Source: an uncultured Burkholderiaceae bacterium (lineage in GTDB: Bacteria > Pseudomonadota > Gammaproteobacteria > Burkholderiales > Burkholderiaceae_C). From it: 38,414 bases of DNA. A program made the translations under genes and the position numbers. The notes under the pieces were generated by a model. It saw nothing but the letters and a program-made list of their open reading frames with translations, ran no database searches and was not told the DNA's origin. Below are positions 10,104 through 18,597 of the stretch, in pieces (position 1 is the stretch's first letter; every line of letters starts with the position of its first letter). The DNA is taken from assembly GCA_964517545.1 (NCBI GenBank), contig CAZFET010000001.1, positions 1 to 38,414 on the forward strand, written 5' to 3'.

Positions 10104-11057
10104 CTACGCGGCCTCGCGGTCGAGCCAGATGCCCAGGCCCTGCGCGTTGAGCTCGATGTCGATGGCCAGCAGCCGCTCGATCTCGTCGCGCCGCAGGCCG
10201 CAGCCGTGCGCGATGGCGCTCGATGCGTGCAGCTCGGCCACGCCGCGCCGCAGCGCCGCGTGGCGGTCGGCGGCGTCGCGCACGCTGCGACCGAGCGCGG
10301 CCATCGCGTCGATCTGCTCGACGAGCGTGGCGCCCAGGCGGGCCACGTCGCCGACGCCGCCGTAGTGCGTGAGGTACATGCGCTCGGGGCCGAACGACAG
10401 CATGCGCTGCACCGAGGCCTTCAGCGCGTCGGGCTCGAACTGCACCGGGGTCGTGGTCGGCAGGATCCACGGGCCGTTCGCGTTGTCGAACTCGCGGTAG
10501 CTCAGGCCGAACGTGTCGCCGGTGAAGAAGGCGCGGCTGCGCGCGTCCCAGATGCAGTGGTGGTGGCGTGCGTGGCCCGGCGTGTCGATGAACTGCAGCG
10601 GGCGGCCGGCGAGCTCGAGGGTCATGCCGTCGCTCGTCGCGATCACGCGCTCGGCGGCGACGCCCGGCACCTCGCCGTAGGAGCGCGCGACTTCCTCGTC
10701 GCCGTACACGGCGCGCGCGCCGGCCAGCAGCGCGGCCGGGTCGATCATGTGGCGCGCGCCGCGCGGGTGCACGACCAGCTTCGCGTTCGGCAGCTCGCGC
10801 ATCAACACGCCGGCGCCGCCGGCATGGTCGAGGTGCGCGTGCGTGACGATCACGTAGTCGACCTCGGCGCGCGCGAGGCCGGCGGCCTCGAGGGCGGCCA
10901 GCAGGCGCGGCAGCGAGTGCGACGTGCCGGTGTCGATGAACGCCCCGCGGCCGCGCTCGACCATCAGGTAGGCGGCGTCGAAATTCGGGCGGTGGAAGCC
11001 GGTGTCGACGACATGGATGCCGTGCGGCTCGGTCGTCACAAAGGGGACTGCGGACAT
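10104..11057 (-). CDS. MBL-fold metallo-hydrolase
   Basis: 317-aa ORF with the HAHLDHAGG metal-binding motif. Confidence 0.9.
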   Translation of the reverse strand: MSAVPFVTTEPHGIHVVDTGFHRPNFDAAYLMVERGRGAFIDTGTSHSLPRLLAALEAAGLARAEVDYVIVTHAHLDHAGGAGVLMRELPNAKLVVHPRGARHMIDPAALLAGARAVYGDEEVARSYGEVPGVAAERVIATSDGMTLELAGRPLQFIDTPGHARHHHCIWDARSRAFFTGDTFGLSYREFDNANGPWILPTTTPVQFEPDALKASVQRMLSFGPERMYLTHYGGVGDVARLGATLVEQIDAMAALGRSVRDAADRHAALRRGVAELHASSAIAHGCGLRRDEIERLLAIDIELNAQGLGIWLDREAA

Positions 11058-11126
11058 GGCGGCATTCTAGGGAGCCGGCCGTATGTGTGTTGAATCATCT
11101 ACATTGATGTCATATAGTCGACACCA

Positions 11127-12068
11127 ATGGACTGGTGTCTGCTCGTGATGTCGCTGCCGACCGAGAACGCCACGGCGCGCATGCGCGCCTGGCGGGCGCT
11201 CAAGGCGAGCGGGGCAGCCGTGCTGCGCGACGGCGTGTACCTGCTGCCGGCGGGCGACGCCCACGAGGCGCAGCTCGCCGCCGTGGCCGACGACGTGCGG
11301 GCTGCCGGCGGCAGCGCCGAACTGCTGAGCACGGTCGATCCCGCAGGCGCGGGCGGCCGCTTCGTCGCGCGCTTCGACCGCACGGCCGAGTTCGCCGAGG
11401 TCATCGCCGGCGCGGCGGCACTGCGCCAGTCGATGTCGGCGACCGACCCGGAGGACGGGCTGCGTCAGCTGCGTCGCCTGCGCAAGGCCTTCATGGCCGC
11501 GGCCACGATCGACTTCTTCCCCGGCGAGGCGCAGCGCCAGGCGGCGGCGGCCCTCGACGACCTCGAAGCCGACCTGCAACGCCTGCTGTCGCCCGACGAG
11601 CCGCACGCGGCGGCGCGTGCCATCGAGCCGCGCCGCGCGGCCGACTACCGCGCACGCACCTGGGCCACGCGGCGCCGGCCCTGGGTCGACCGGCTGGCCA
11701 GCGCGTGGCTCATCCGGCGCTTCATCGACCGTCGCGCGCAGTTCGTGTGGCTGTCGTCGCCGGCCCGCTGCCCGCGCGGCGCGGTGGGCTTCGACTTCGA
11801 CGGCGCCGAGTTCAGCCACGTCGGCGCGCGCGTGACCTTCGAGACCTTGCTCGCGAGCTTCGGCCTCGAGCGCCCGGCGCTGCTGCGGATCGGCGCGATC
11901 GTGCACTTCCTCGACGCCGGGGGCGTGCAGCCGCCGGAGTCCGAAGGCGTGCGTCGCGTGCTCGCGGGCCTGCGCGAGTCGATCGACGACGACGACCGCC
12001 TGCTCGCGTCGGCGCTGCCCGTGTTCGATGCGTTGCTCGCCTCGTTCGAGGCGGAGGCGGCCGAGTGA
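11127..12068 (+). CDS. chrB: chromate resistance regulator ChrB (N- and C-terminal ChrB domains)
   Basis: 313-aa ORF. The N-terminus LLVMSLPTENATARMRAWRALKASGAAVLRDGVYLLP and the C-terminal WATRRRPWVDRLASAWLIRRFID block are typical of ChrB. It lies directly upstream of chrA. Confidence 0.85.
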   Translation: MDWCLLVMSLPTENATARMRAWRALKASGAAVLRDGVYLLPAGDAHEAQLAAVADDVRAAGGSAELLSTVDPAGAGGRFVARFDRTAEFAEVIAGAAALRQSMSATDPEDGLRQLRRLRKAFMAAATIDFFPGEAQRQAAAALDDLEADLQRLLSPDEPHAAARAIEPRRAADYRARTWATRRRPWVDRLASAWLIRRFIDRRAQFVWLSSPARCPRGAVGFDFDGAEFSHVGARVTFETLLASFGLERPALLRIGAIVHFLDAGGVQPPESEGVRRVLAGLRESIDDDDRLLASALPVFDALLASFEAEAAE

Positions 12069-13438
12069 GCGCGCCGGCGGCCGAGCCGCGCGGAGAGGCG
12101 AACGAGGCAGTGCGCGAAGAGCCGCGCGCCGTGAGCTTCGCCGAGGCCTTCCGCTTCTGGCTCAAGCTCGGCTTCATCAGCTTCGGCGGGCCGGCCGGGC
12201 AGATCGCGATCATGCACGCCGAGCTGGTCGAGAAGCGGCGCTGGGTCAGCGAGCGGCGCTTCCTGCACGCACTGAACTACTGCATGCTGCTGCCCGGCCC
12301 CGAGGCGCAGCAGCTCGCCACCTACATCGGCTGGCTGATGCACCGCACCTGGGGCGGCATCGTGGCCGGCACGCTGTTCGTGCTGCCGTCGCTGGTGCTG
12401 CTGATCGCGCTGTCGTGGGTGTACGTCGCGCTCGGCGACGTGCCGCTGGTGGCCGGACTCTTCTACGGCATCAAGCCCGCGGTGACGGCGATCGTCGTGC
12501 ACGCGGCGTGGCGCATCGGCTCGCGCGCGCTGAAGAACGGCTGGCTGTGGGCGATCGCCGCGGCGTCGTTCGTCGCGATCCACGTGCTGCAGGTGCCGTT
12601 CCCGGCGATCGTCGGCACGGCCGCACTCGTGGGTCTGGTGGGCGGGCGCCTCGCGCCGTCCGTGTTCGGTGGCGGCGGCGGTCATGGCCAGGCGCAGAAG
12701 GACTACGGCGCGGCGCTGATCGACGATCACACACCCACGCCGGAGCACGCGCGCTACCGGCCGGCACGGCTCGCGGCGGTCGCGGCCACCGGTCTCGCGC
12801 TGGGCGTGCTGCCGCTCGCCGCGCTCGTGCTCGCGTTCGGCTGGGCGCACACCTTCACGCAGATGGCGTGGTTCTTCACCAAGGCCGCGCTGCTGACCTT
12901 CGGCGGCGCGTACGCGGTGCTGCCCTACGTGGTGCAAGGCGCGGTGGGTCACTACGGCTGGCTCACGGCCGCGCAGATGATCGACGGCCTCGCGCTCGGC
13001 GAGACCACGCCGGGCCCGCTGATCATGGTGGTGGCCTTCGTCGCGTTCGTCGGCGGCTGGACCCACGCACCGTTCGGCCCCGATCAGCTCTTCGCGGCGG
13101 GCGCGTTCGCGGCGGTGCTGGTGACCTGGTTCACCTTCCTGCCGTCGTTCGTGTTCATCCTCGCCGGCGGGCCGCTGGTGGAGTCGACGCACGGCGACCT
13201 GAAGTTCACCGCGCCGCTGGTGGCGATCACCGCGGCCGTGGTCGGCGTGATCGTCAACCTGGCGGTCTTCTTCGGCCTGCACGTGCTGTGGCCCGACGGC
13301 GCGGGCGGGCGATTCGAGGCGGCCTCGGCGCTGATCGCGCTGGCCGCGGCCGTCGCGCTGTTCCGCTTCAGGCGCGGCGTCATCGAGGTCATCGCGGCGT
13401 GCGCCGTCGCCGGCCTCGCCATCCACCTGATGCGCTAG
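12065..13438 (+). CDS. chrA: chromate efflux transporter ChrA (CHR family)
   Basis: Frame of ORF 11135..13438 trimmed to GTG 12065, giving a GTGA overlap with the chrB stop. Motifs: FISFGGPAGQIAIMH and LTFGGAYAVLPYV (duplicated CHR domains). Many TM segments. Confidence 0.9.
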   Translation: MSAPAAEPRGEANEAVREEPRAVSFAEAFRFWLKLGFISFGGPAGQIAIMHAELVEKRRWVSERRFLHALNYCMLLPGPEAQQLATYIGWLMHRTWGGIVAGTLFVLPSLVLLIALSWVYVALGDVPLVAGLFYGIKPAVTAIVVHAAWRIGSRALKNGWLWAIAAASFVAIHVLQVPFPAIVGTAALVGLVGGRLAPSVFGGGGGHGQAQKDYGAALIDDHTPTPEHARYRPARLAAVAATGLALGVLPLAALVLAFGWAHTFTQMAWFFTKAALLTFGGAYAVLPYVVQGAVGHYGWLTAAQMIDGLALGETTPGPLIMVVAFVAFVGGWTHAPFGPDQLFAAGAFAAVLVTWFTFLPSFVFILAGGPLVESTHGDLKFTAPLVAITAAVVGVIVNLAVFFGLHVLWPDGAGGRFEAASALIALAAAVALFRFRRGVIEVIAACAVAGLAIHLMR

Positions 13439-13451
13439 GAGGATCGTGAGC

Positions 13452-13793
13452 ATGAGCCACATCACCATCGACGAGCTCGCGCTGTGGCAGCGCGCGGGCT
13501 TCGCGTTCGACCTGATCGACGTGCGGCGGGCATCCGCCCGTGCGCAGGACGGCACCGACATCGCCGGGGCGCGCTGGCTCGACCCGGCGCGCTGGCTCGA
13601 CTGGAAGGACGGCGTGCGCGCCGATCGGCCGGTGGTCGTCTACTGCGCGTTCGGCCACGAGATCAGCCAGGGGCTCGTCGCCGCGCTGCGCGCGATGGGT
13701 GTCGACGCGCGCCATCTCGACGGCGGCATCGCCGCCTGGAAGGCCGCGGGCCACGGCACCGTGCCCGCGTCGCAGGCGGAGCCGGTGTCATGA
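13452..13793 (+). CDS. rhodanese-domain sulfurtransferase-like protein
   Basis: ORF 13446..13793 trimmed to ATG 13452, 8 nt after AGGAGGA (13437-13443). Active-site loop CAFGHEIS after VVVY. Confidence 0.8.
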   Translation: MSHITIDELALWQRAGFAFDLIDVRRASARAQDGTDIAGARWLDPARWLDWKDGVRADRPVVVYCAFGHEISQGLVAALRAMGVDARHLDGGIAAWKAAGHGTVPASQAEPVS

Positions 13794-14239
13794 AGTGGGT
13801 CACGCGCGAACGACCGAAGATCGACCGCATCGCCTGCCCGTGGCTGGTGGCGCGCTTCATCGACCCCGAGGCCGAGTTCCTGTTCGTGCCGACGGACAAC
13901 GTGGCGCGCGTGGCGGCGCAGACCGGGGCCACCGCCTACGACGTGCCCGGCGTGGCGCTCAGCCACGTGGGCGAGCACTGCAGCTTCGACGCCTTTGTCG
14001 ATCGCTACCGGCTCGACGACCCGGCGCTGCGGCACCTGGCCGTCATCGTGCGCGGCGCCGACACCGACCGGCTCGACCTCGCGCCGCAGTGCGCCGGCCT
14101 GCTGGCCGTGTCGCTCGGGCTGTCGCGCGTGGTCGCCGACGACCACGAGATGCTGCGTCACGGCATGGTGCTGTACGACGCGCTGTACGCCTGGTGCCGC
14201 GACGCGCGCGGCGAGCGTCACGCGTGGGCCGGCGGCTGA
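13790..14239 (+). CDS. stand-alone ChrB C-terminal (Chrome_Resist) domain protein
   Basis: Frame of ORF 13484..14239 trimmed to ATG 13790, giving an ATGA overlap with the rhodanese stop. RERPKIDRIACPWLVARFIDPEAEFLFV parallels the chrB C-terminal block RRRPWVDRLASAWLIRRFIDRRAQFVWL. Confidence 0.8.
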   Translation: MKWVTRERPKIDRIACPWLVARFIDPEAEFLFVPTDNVARVAAQTGATAYDVPGVALSHVGEHCSFDAFVDRYRLDDPALRHLAVIVRGADTDRLDLAPQCAGLLAVSLGLSRVVADDHEMLRHGMVLYDALYAWCRDARGERHAWAGG

Positions 14240-15264
14240 GCGCGCTCGGCGTACACGCGGCGCCAGGTCTGCGCGAACGTGCGCACCTCGGCGCCGTCGA
14301 GCAGGCCGCGCTCGCGCAGCAGCGCGTGCAGCGCGGGCAGCCGGTAGTGCGGCACGGCCGGGTACAGGTGGTGCTCGATGTGGTAGCCCACGTGGTGCGG
14401 GAACATGAACCAGCGCAGCAGCGGGTTCGGCAGGTGGGTGCGCGCGGCGGTGAACGGTGAATCGGTGGCCGGCGGCGCGCCGTGCTCGGCGATCGCGCGC
14501 AGGCGCAGGATGGCCTGCAGCACCGTCAGCGCCGGCAGCACCCACAGCACGAGGTACTTCAGCAGGCCGCCGGGGCCGGCCAGCGCGAGCACGATCGCCG
14601 GCAGCGCGAGCTGCACCGCGATGACGCTGCGGCTGTCCGCGCGGGCGGCCGCGCGCAGTGCGGGCGAGGTGTCGTCGAGCGGACGCTGCGCGGTCTGCGT
14701 CTCGGCGTTGGCGGCCGGCGCGCCGAAGAAGTAGCGGTAGGTCTTCCACGCGGTGAGCCCGCTCAGGTCGGTGGCCAGCTTGCGCAGCAGGTAGGCCTTG
14801 CCGCGCGGGTAGCCGCCGTTGAGCGCGACGTCGGGGTCGACGTCGGTGCAGAGGTGGTTGTGGTGCAGCCGGTGCACCACGCGGTAGGTGCACATCGAGA
14901 TGCCCGCGAGCGACGCGAGCGCGCGGCCCGCGGCGTCGTTCAGGCGTCGATCGGCGAAGAGCCGGTAGTGCGCGGCCTCGTGCGCCAGCACGAACAGCGC
15001 GTGCTGCAGCGCGGCCACGAGCGGCACGGCGGCGAGCACGGCCCACCACGTCCACCACGTCGCCGCCGCAGCGAGCACGAGCGCGAGCGGCAGCACGGTG
15101 CCGAGGATCGACGCGAGCGAGCGGCGCGCGTCGAGCCGCGTCAGCGGCTCCAGTTCGCGCGCCGTCAGGTAGTCGCCGCCACCGCGCACCGCGCGGGCGG
15201 GGGCGCGCGCATCGGCGCGGAACTCCTCTCCGCGCGGGCCGTCGTCCGAAGGCGCCTGGTCCAT
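14218..15264 (-). CDS. membrane fatty-acid desaturase family protein
   Basis: Track ORF 14218..15672 trimmed to ATG 15264 (MDQAPSDD). Three His boxes: HEAAH, HRLHHNH and HIEHH. It has TM segments. Confidence 0.85.
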   Translation of the reverse strand: MDQAPSDDGPRGEEFRADARAPARAVRGGGDYLTARELEPLTRLDARRSLASILGTVLPLALVLAAAATWWTWWAVLAAVPLVAALQHALFVLAHEAAHYRLFADRRLNDAAGRALASLAGISMCTYRVVHRLHHNHLCTDVDPDVALNGGYPRGKAYLLRKLATDLSGLTAWKTYRYFFGAPAANAETQTAQRPLDDTSPALRAAARADSRSVIAVQLALPAIVLALAGPGGLLKYLVLWVLPALTVLQAILRLRAIAEHGAPPATDSPFTAARTHLPNPLLRWFMFPHHVGYHIEHHLYPAVPHYRLPALHALLRERGLLDGAEVRTFAQTWRRVYAERAQPPAHA

Positions 15265-15308
15265 GCGGGCGAGTGTGCACGCGGCGCGTGCGCGGCTACA
15301 TTGGGGAA

Positions 15309-16004
15309 ATGTCGCGTCTTGCGCCCTCGGCCGATCCGTGTCTCGACCGCCCCGTCGCGTCGCTGCGCCGCTACGCCGGCGAGTACGCGGCGCACGCACA
15401 CGCGCACGCGCAGGTGCTGATCGGCGTGGAGGGCCGGCTCGAACTCGAGCTCGACGGGCGCGGCGCCTGCGTCGATGCGTCGTGTGCGCTCGTCGTGCCG
15501 CCCGGCGTCGCGCACGCCTACCTCGCGCGGCAGCCGGCGCGCGTGGTCGTGATCGACAGTCCGCTGCGGCACGGGCTCGAACGCGTGCGCCGCTTCGCCG
15601 CGCCGGCTCGGTGGCGCGACGCGGCCTGCGCGTTCGACGCCGCGGCGGCGGTGGAGGCGGTGGCCGGCGCACCGACCCTGCTGCCGCGCCGCACGCTCGA
15701 CCTGGCGCGCCTCGAGTCGGCGCTGGGCGCCGCGCTGCATCGTCCGTGGACCACCGCCGACATGGCGGCGCTGTGCAGCCTGAGTCCGCAGCGCTTCCAT
15801 GCGCGCTTCGTCGAACTCACGGGCCGCACGCCCGGCGAGTGGCTGCGCGCCCGCAGGCTCGACGAGGCCGAGCGCCTGCTGCGCGCGGGACGCTCGCTGG
15901 AGGCCGCAGCCCTGCAGGTGGGCTACGCGAGCGCGAGCGCGCTCGCCTTCGCGCTGCGTCGCGAGCGCGGCACCGGCGCGCGCGCCCTGCGGCGTCGGGG
16001 CTGA
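15309..16004 (+). CDS. AraC-family transcriptional regulator
   Basis: ORF 15273..16004. I prefer ATG 15309, after GGGGAA. It has an N-terminal cupin-like sensor region and a C-terminal double HTH (MAALCSLSPQRFHARFVELTGRTPGEWLRARRL...VGYASASALAFALRRE). It is divergent from the desaturase gene. Confidence 0.8.
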   Translation: MSRLAPSADPCLDRPVASLRRYAGEYAAHAHAHAQVLIGVEGRLELELDGRGACVDASCALVVPPGVAHAYLARQPARVVVIDSPLRHGLERVRRFAAPARWRDAACAFDAAAAVEAVAGAPTLLPRRTLDLARLESALGAALHRPWTTADMAALCSLSPQRFHARFVELTGRTPGEWLRARRLDEAERLLRAGRSLEAAALQVGYASASALAFALRRERGTGARALRRRG

Positions 16005-16047
16005 CGCGCGGCTTCGCGACGGCTGCGACGACATCGACGACTGCGAC

Positions 16048-16074
16048 GGCCGCAACGGCCGCAACGGCCGCGAC
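16048..16074. repeat. 9-bp x3 tandem repeat (GGCCGCAAC, GGCCGCAAC, GGCCGCGAC) in an intergenic region
   Basis: Read directly from the sequence between the AraC stop and the EamA start. Confidence 0.7.
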
Positions 16075-16116
16075 GACGAGAGTCCCTCGACATTTCGGCG
16101 CGGCCGCTTCGGCAGC

Positions 16117-17097
16117 ATGGCGGGCATGGTTCCCGATCCCCGTCTCGGCGTCGTGATGGTGCTCGCGGCCGCGTGCCTGTGGGGCACGACCGGCACCGCG
16201 CAGACCTTCGCCGGCGCGAGCCTGTCGTCGCTGTGGTTCGGCGCGCTGCGCCTGGCCGTGGCGGCGGTGTTCTTCGCGGCGTACGGCGCGCTCGTCGAGC
16301 GGCGCGCGGCGCGCGCTGCTCACGCGCCGGGCGGAAGCCTGCCGGTCACGGCCGTGCTGCTGGCCGGGCTGAGCATGGCCGCCTACAACCTCGCGTTCTT
16401 CGCCGGCGTGCGAAGCACCGGCGTGGCGGTCGGCACCGCCGTGGCCCTGGGCAGCGGGCCGGTGTGGGCCGGCGTGCTGCAGTCGCTGCTGAGTCGGCAG
16501 CCGCCGCCCGCGAGCTGGTGGGCCGGCACGGCCGTCGCCGTGGTCGGCGGCGTGCTGATGACCGGCGTGGGCCGCGACGCCGGCGTGCCGGTGAGCGGGC
16601 TTGGCATCGGGCTGTGCCTGCTGTCGGGGCTGAGCTATGCGGTCTACACCTTGGTGAACAAGACGCTGGTCGCGCGAGCGTCGGCGGCGCGCGTCACGTT
16701 CAGCGCCTTCGGCGTGGCCGCACTGATCGCGCTGCCGGCCGCGTGGGTCGAGTCGGGCGCGCCACGCCTCGCGGCGAACGACGCGATCGCGGTGCTGTAC
16801 GTCGGCGTGGTGACGGCCGGTGTCGCGTACCTGCTGTTCAGCCACGCGCTGCGCCACATCTCGGCCGCGACGGGCGTCACCCTGGCGCTCGGCGAGCCGG
16901 TCATGGCGTTCGCGCTGGCGGTGCTGGTGGTGGGCGAACGGCCGGGCGGCGCGGCCATGGTCGGCCTGCTGCTGGTCGTCGGCGGTGTGCTGACGGTCGT
17001 GCGGGCGGAACTGCGCGGGTCGCGGCCGACCGCGGTGCCGGTCACGCTCGCTGACACCGACGACGCCGAGCGTGGCGCCGCCGCGCAGCGCTCATGA
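16117..17097 (+). CDS. EamA/DMT-family transporter
   Basis: Frame of ORF 15799..17097 trimmed to ATG 16117. About 10 hydrophobic segments in a duplicated EamA-like architecture. Confidence 0.85.
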   Translation: MAGMVPDPRLGVVMVLAAACLWGTTGTAQTFAGASLSSLWFGALRLAVAAVFFAAYGALVERRAARAAHAPGGSLPVTAVLLAGLSMAAYNLAFFAGVRSTGVAVGTAVALGSGPVWAGVLQSLLSRQPPPASWWAGTAVAVVGGVLMTGVGRDAGVPVSGLGIGLCLLSGLSYAVYTLVNKTLVARASAARVTFSAFGVAALIALPAAWVESGAPRLAANDAIAVLYVGVVTAGVAYLLFSHALRHISAATGVTLALGEPVMAFALAVLVVGERPGGAAMVGLLLVVGGVLTVVRAELRGSRPTAVPVTLADTDDAERGAAAQRS

Positions 17098-17406
17098 GCC
17101 GCGGACTTCGCGTGTGCTCCAGCCTTCTTCGATGAGGCGCAGCCACGCCGATTCGGCGAGCGTGTCGGTGCTGCGTGTCCGCGACGTGCCGCGGTCGAAG
17201 TCGGTCACGACCACGCGCGTCTCCTCCTTCTCGTCGCCGGCGTAGACCACGGCCAGCGCCCACTCGTCGTTATGGATCGCCAGCGAAACCAGCAGGTCGT
17301 TCGGCCGCAGGCCGAGCGCGAGGCGCAGCAGCTCGAGTGCCGTCGTCGGCGCTTCGCACACGCCGCGCGAGCGGCCGGAGGGGTCGAGCAGTTCCACGTA
17401 CTTCAT
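17092..17406 (-). CDS. hypothetical protein (104 aa)
   Basis: ATG-initiated ORF. By my reading nearly every codon ends in G or C, and the amino-acid composition is balanced (MKYVELLDPSGRSRGVCEAP...). I recognise no domain. Confidence 0.55.
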   Translation of the reverse strand: MKYVELLDPSGRSRGVCEAPTTALELLRLALGLRPNDLLVSLAIHNDEWALAVVYAGDEKEETRVVVTDFDRGTSRTRSTDTLAESAWLRLIEEGWSTREVRGS

Positions 17407-17522
17407 GGCGCTGGCCGCTGCGGGTTGCGGCGGGCGATGCCGGGGCTTGCAGGCGGTGGGTCCACCGAGACGCCTCGCGACGGGCGCGTGGCACGCGCCT
17501 CGGCGGGTGCGGCAGGAATCGG

Positions 17523-17598
<76 letters not shown>

Positions 17599-17635
17599 GA
17601 AAGAGCGCGCATTATAGCCAGCGCTTCGGCGTCGC

Positions 17636-18517
17636 TCAGTCCATCGCGTTGCGCCGGGCGAGCTCGAGAAAGAGGGCGCTGTGGTCGAGGTCGGCGAAGC
17701 CGTGATCGGCCGCGTCGGCGAACAGTGCTTCGAAGCGCGCGGTGATGGGCGCGTCGAAGCCGAGCTCGGCGGCGGTGTCGAGCGCGTTGCGCATGTCCTT
17801 GAGCTGCACGGCCAGCGCGCCTCGCTTGGCGAAGTCGCGCTCGACCATGCGCTGGCCGTGCACTTCGAGGATGCGGCTGTCGGCGAAGCCGCCGCGCATC
17901 GCCTCGCGCACGCGCGCCATGTCGGCGCCGCCCTTCGATGCGAGCAGCAGCGCCTCGGCCACCGCGCCGATGGTGATGCCGACGATCATCTGGTTGGCCA
18001 GCTTGGCGAGCTGGCCGGCGCCGTGCGGGCCGACATGCGTGGCGCGGCCCAGCGGCGCGAACAGCGGCGCCGCGCGTTCGAAGTCGTCCTGCTCGCCGCC
18101 GCACATGATGGCCAGGGTGCCGGCCGCCGCGCCGAGCGTGCCGCCCGAGACCGGCGCGTCGAGGTGGCCGATGCCGCGTGCGCGCAGCCGGGCGGCGTGG
18201 TCGCGTGCCTCGCGCGGCTTGATCGAGCTCATGTCGACGACGAGGCTTCCCGCGGGCAGTGCGTCGGCCACGCCTTGCGCGAACAGCACGTCGGCGACCA
18301 CCGGGCCGTGCTCGAGCATCGTGATCGCGGCTTCGGCGTCGCGCACGGCTGCCGCGGGGCTGGCGGCCACCGTGCAGCCGAACGCGGCCAGCGGCTCGGC
18401 CTTGGCCCGGGTGCGGTTCCAGACGGTGACGGTGTGGCCGGCCTCGGCCAGGCGGCGGGCCATCGGCGCGCCCATCAGGCCGGTGCCGATCACGGCCACG
18501 CGCATCGGATTCGGCAT
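17636..18517 (-). CDS. NAD(P)-dependent oxidoreductase, 3-hydroxyisobutyrate dehydrogenase (HIBADH) family
   Basis: 293-aa ORF with the Rossmann motif VAVIGTGLMGAPMARRL. AAGGAGA lies upstream of ATG 18517. Confidence 0.88.
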   Translation of the reverse strand: MPNPMRVAVIGTGLMGAPMARRLAEAGHTVTVWNRTRAKAEPLAAFGCTVAASPAAAVRDAEAAITMLEHGPVVADVLFAQGVADALPAGSLVVDMSSIKPREARDHAARLRARGIGHLDAPVSGGTLGAAAGTLAIMCGGEQDDFERAAPLFAPLGRATHVGPHGAGQLAKLANQMIVGITIGAVAEALLLASKGGADMARVREAMRGGFADSRILEVHGQRMVERDFAKRGALAVQLKDMRNALDTAAELGFDAPITARFEALFADAADHGFADLDHSALFLELARRNAMD

Positions 18518-18597
18518 GCGTGTCTCCTTGAGACCTTCGGGTTGCCATCGGGTGGCGAACGGGTCCGGGCGAGTATAGAAACGGGTCTTCGTGTTCG

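Noticed and set aside
11058-11126. An AT-richer chrB upstream region with short inverted repeats, CATC-N6-GATG and TGTC-N8-GACA, as a ChrB operator.
   Set aside because: The repeats are only 4 bp long and I have no ChrB consensus to compare against. The idea is plausible but not supportable from sequence alone.
16048-16074. Short tandem repeats (9-bp x3 at 16048, 14-bp x3 at 27455, 15-bp x3 at 6246, 21-bp x2 at 29806) as a possible CRISPR or minisatellite array.
   Set aside because: The units are directly adjacent with no spacers, have too few copies and are too short for CRISPR. No cas genes are present. I treat them as simple slippage repeats or operator repeats.
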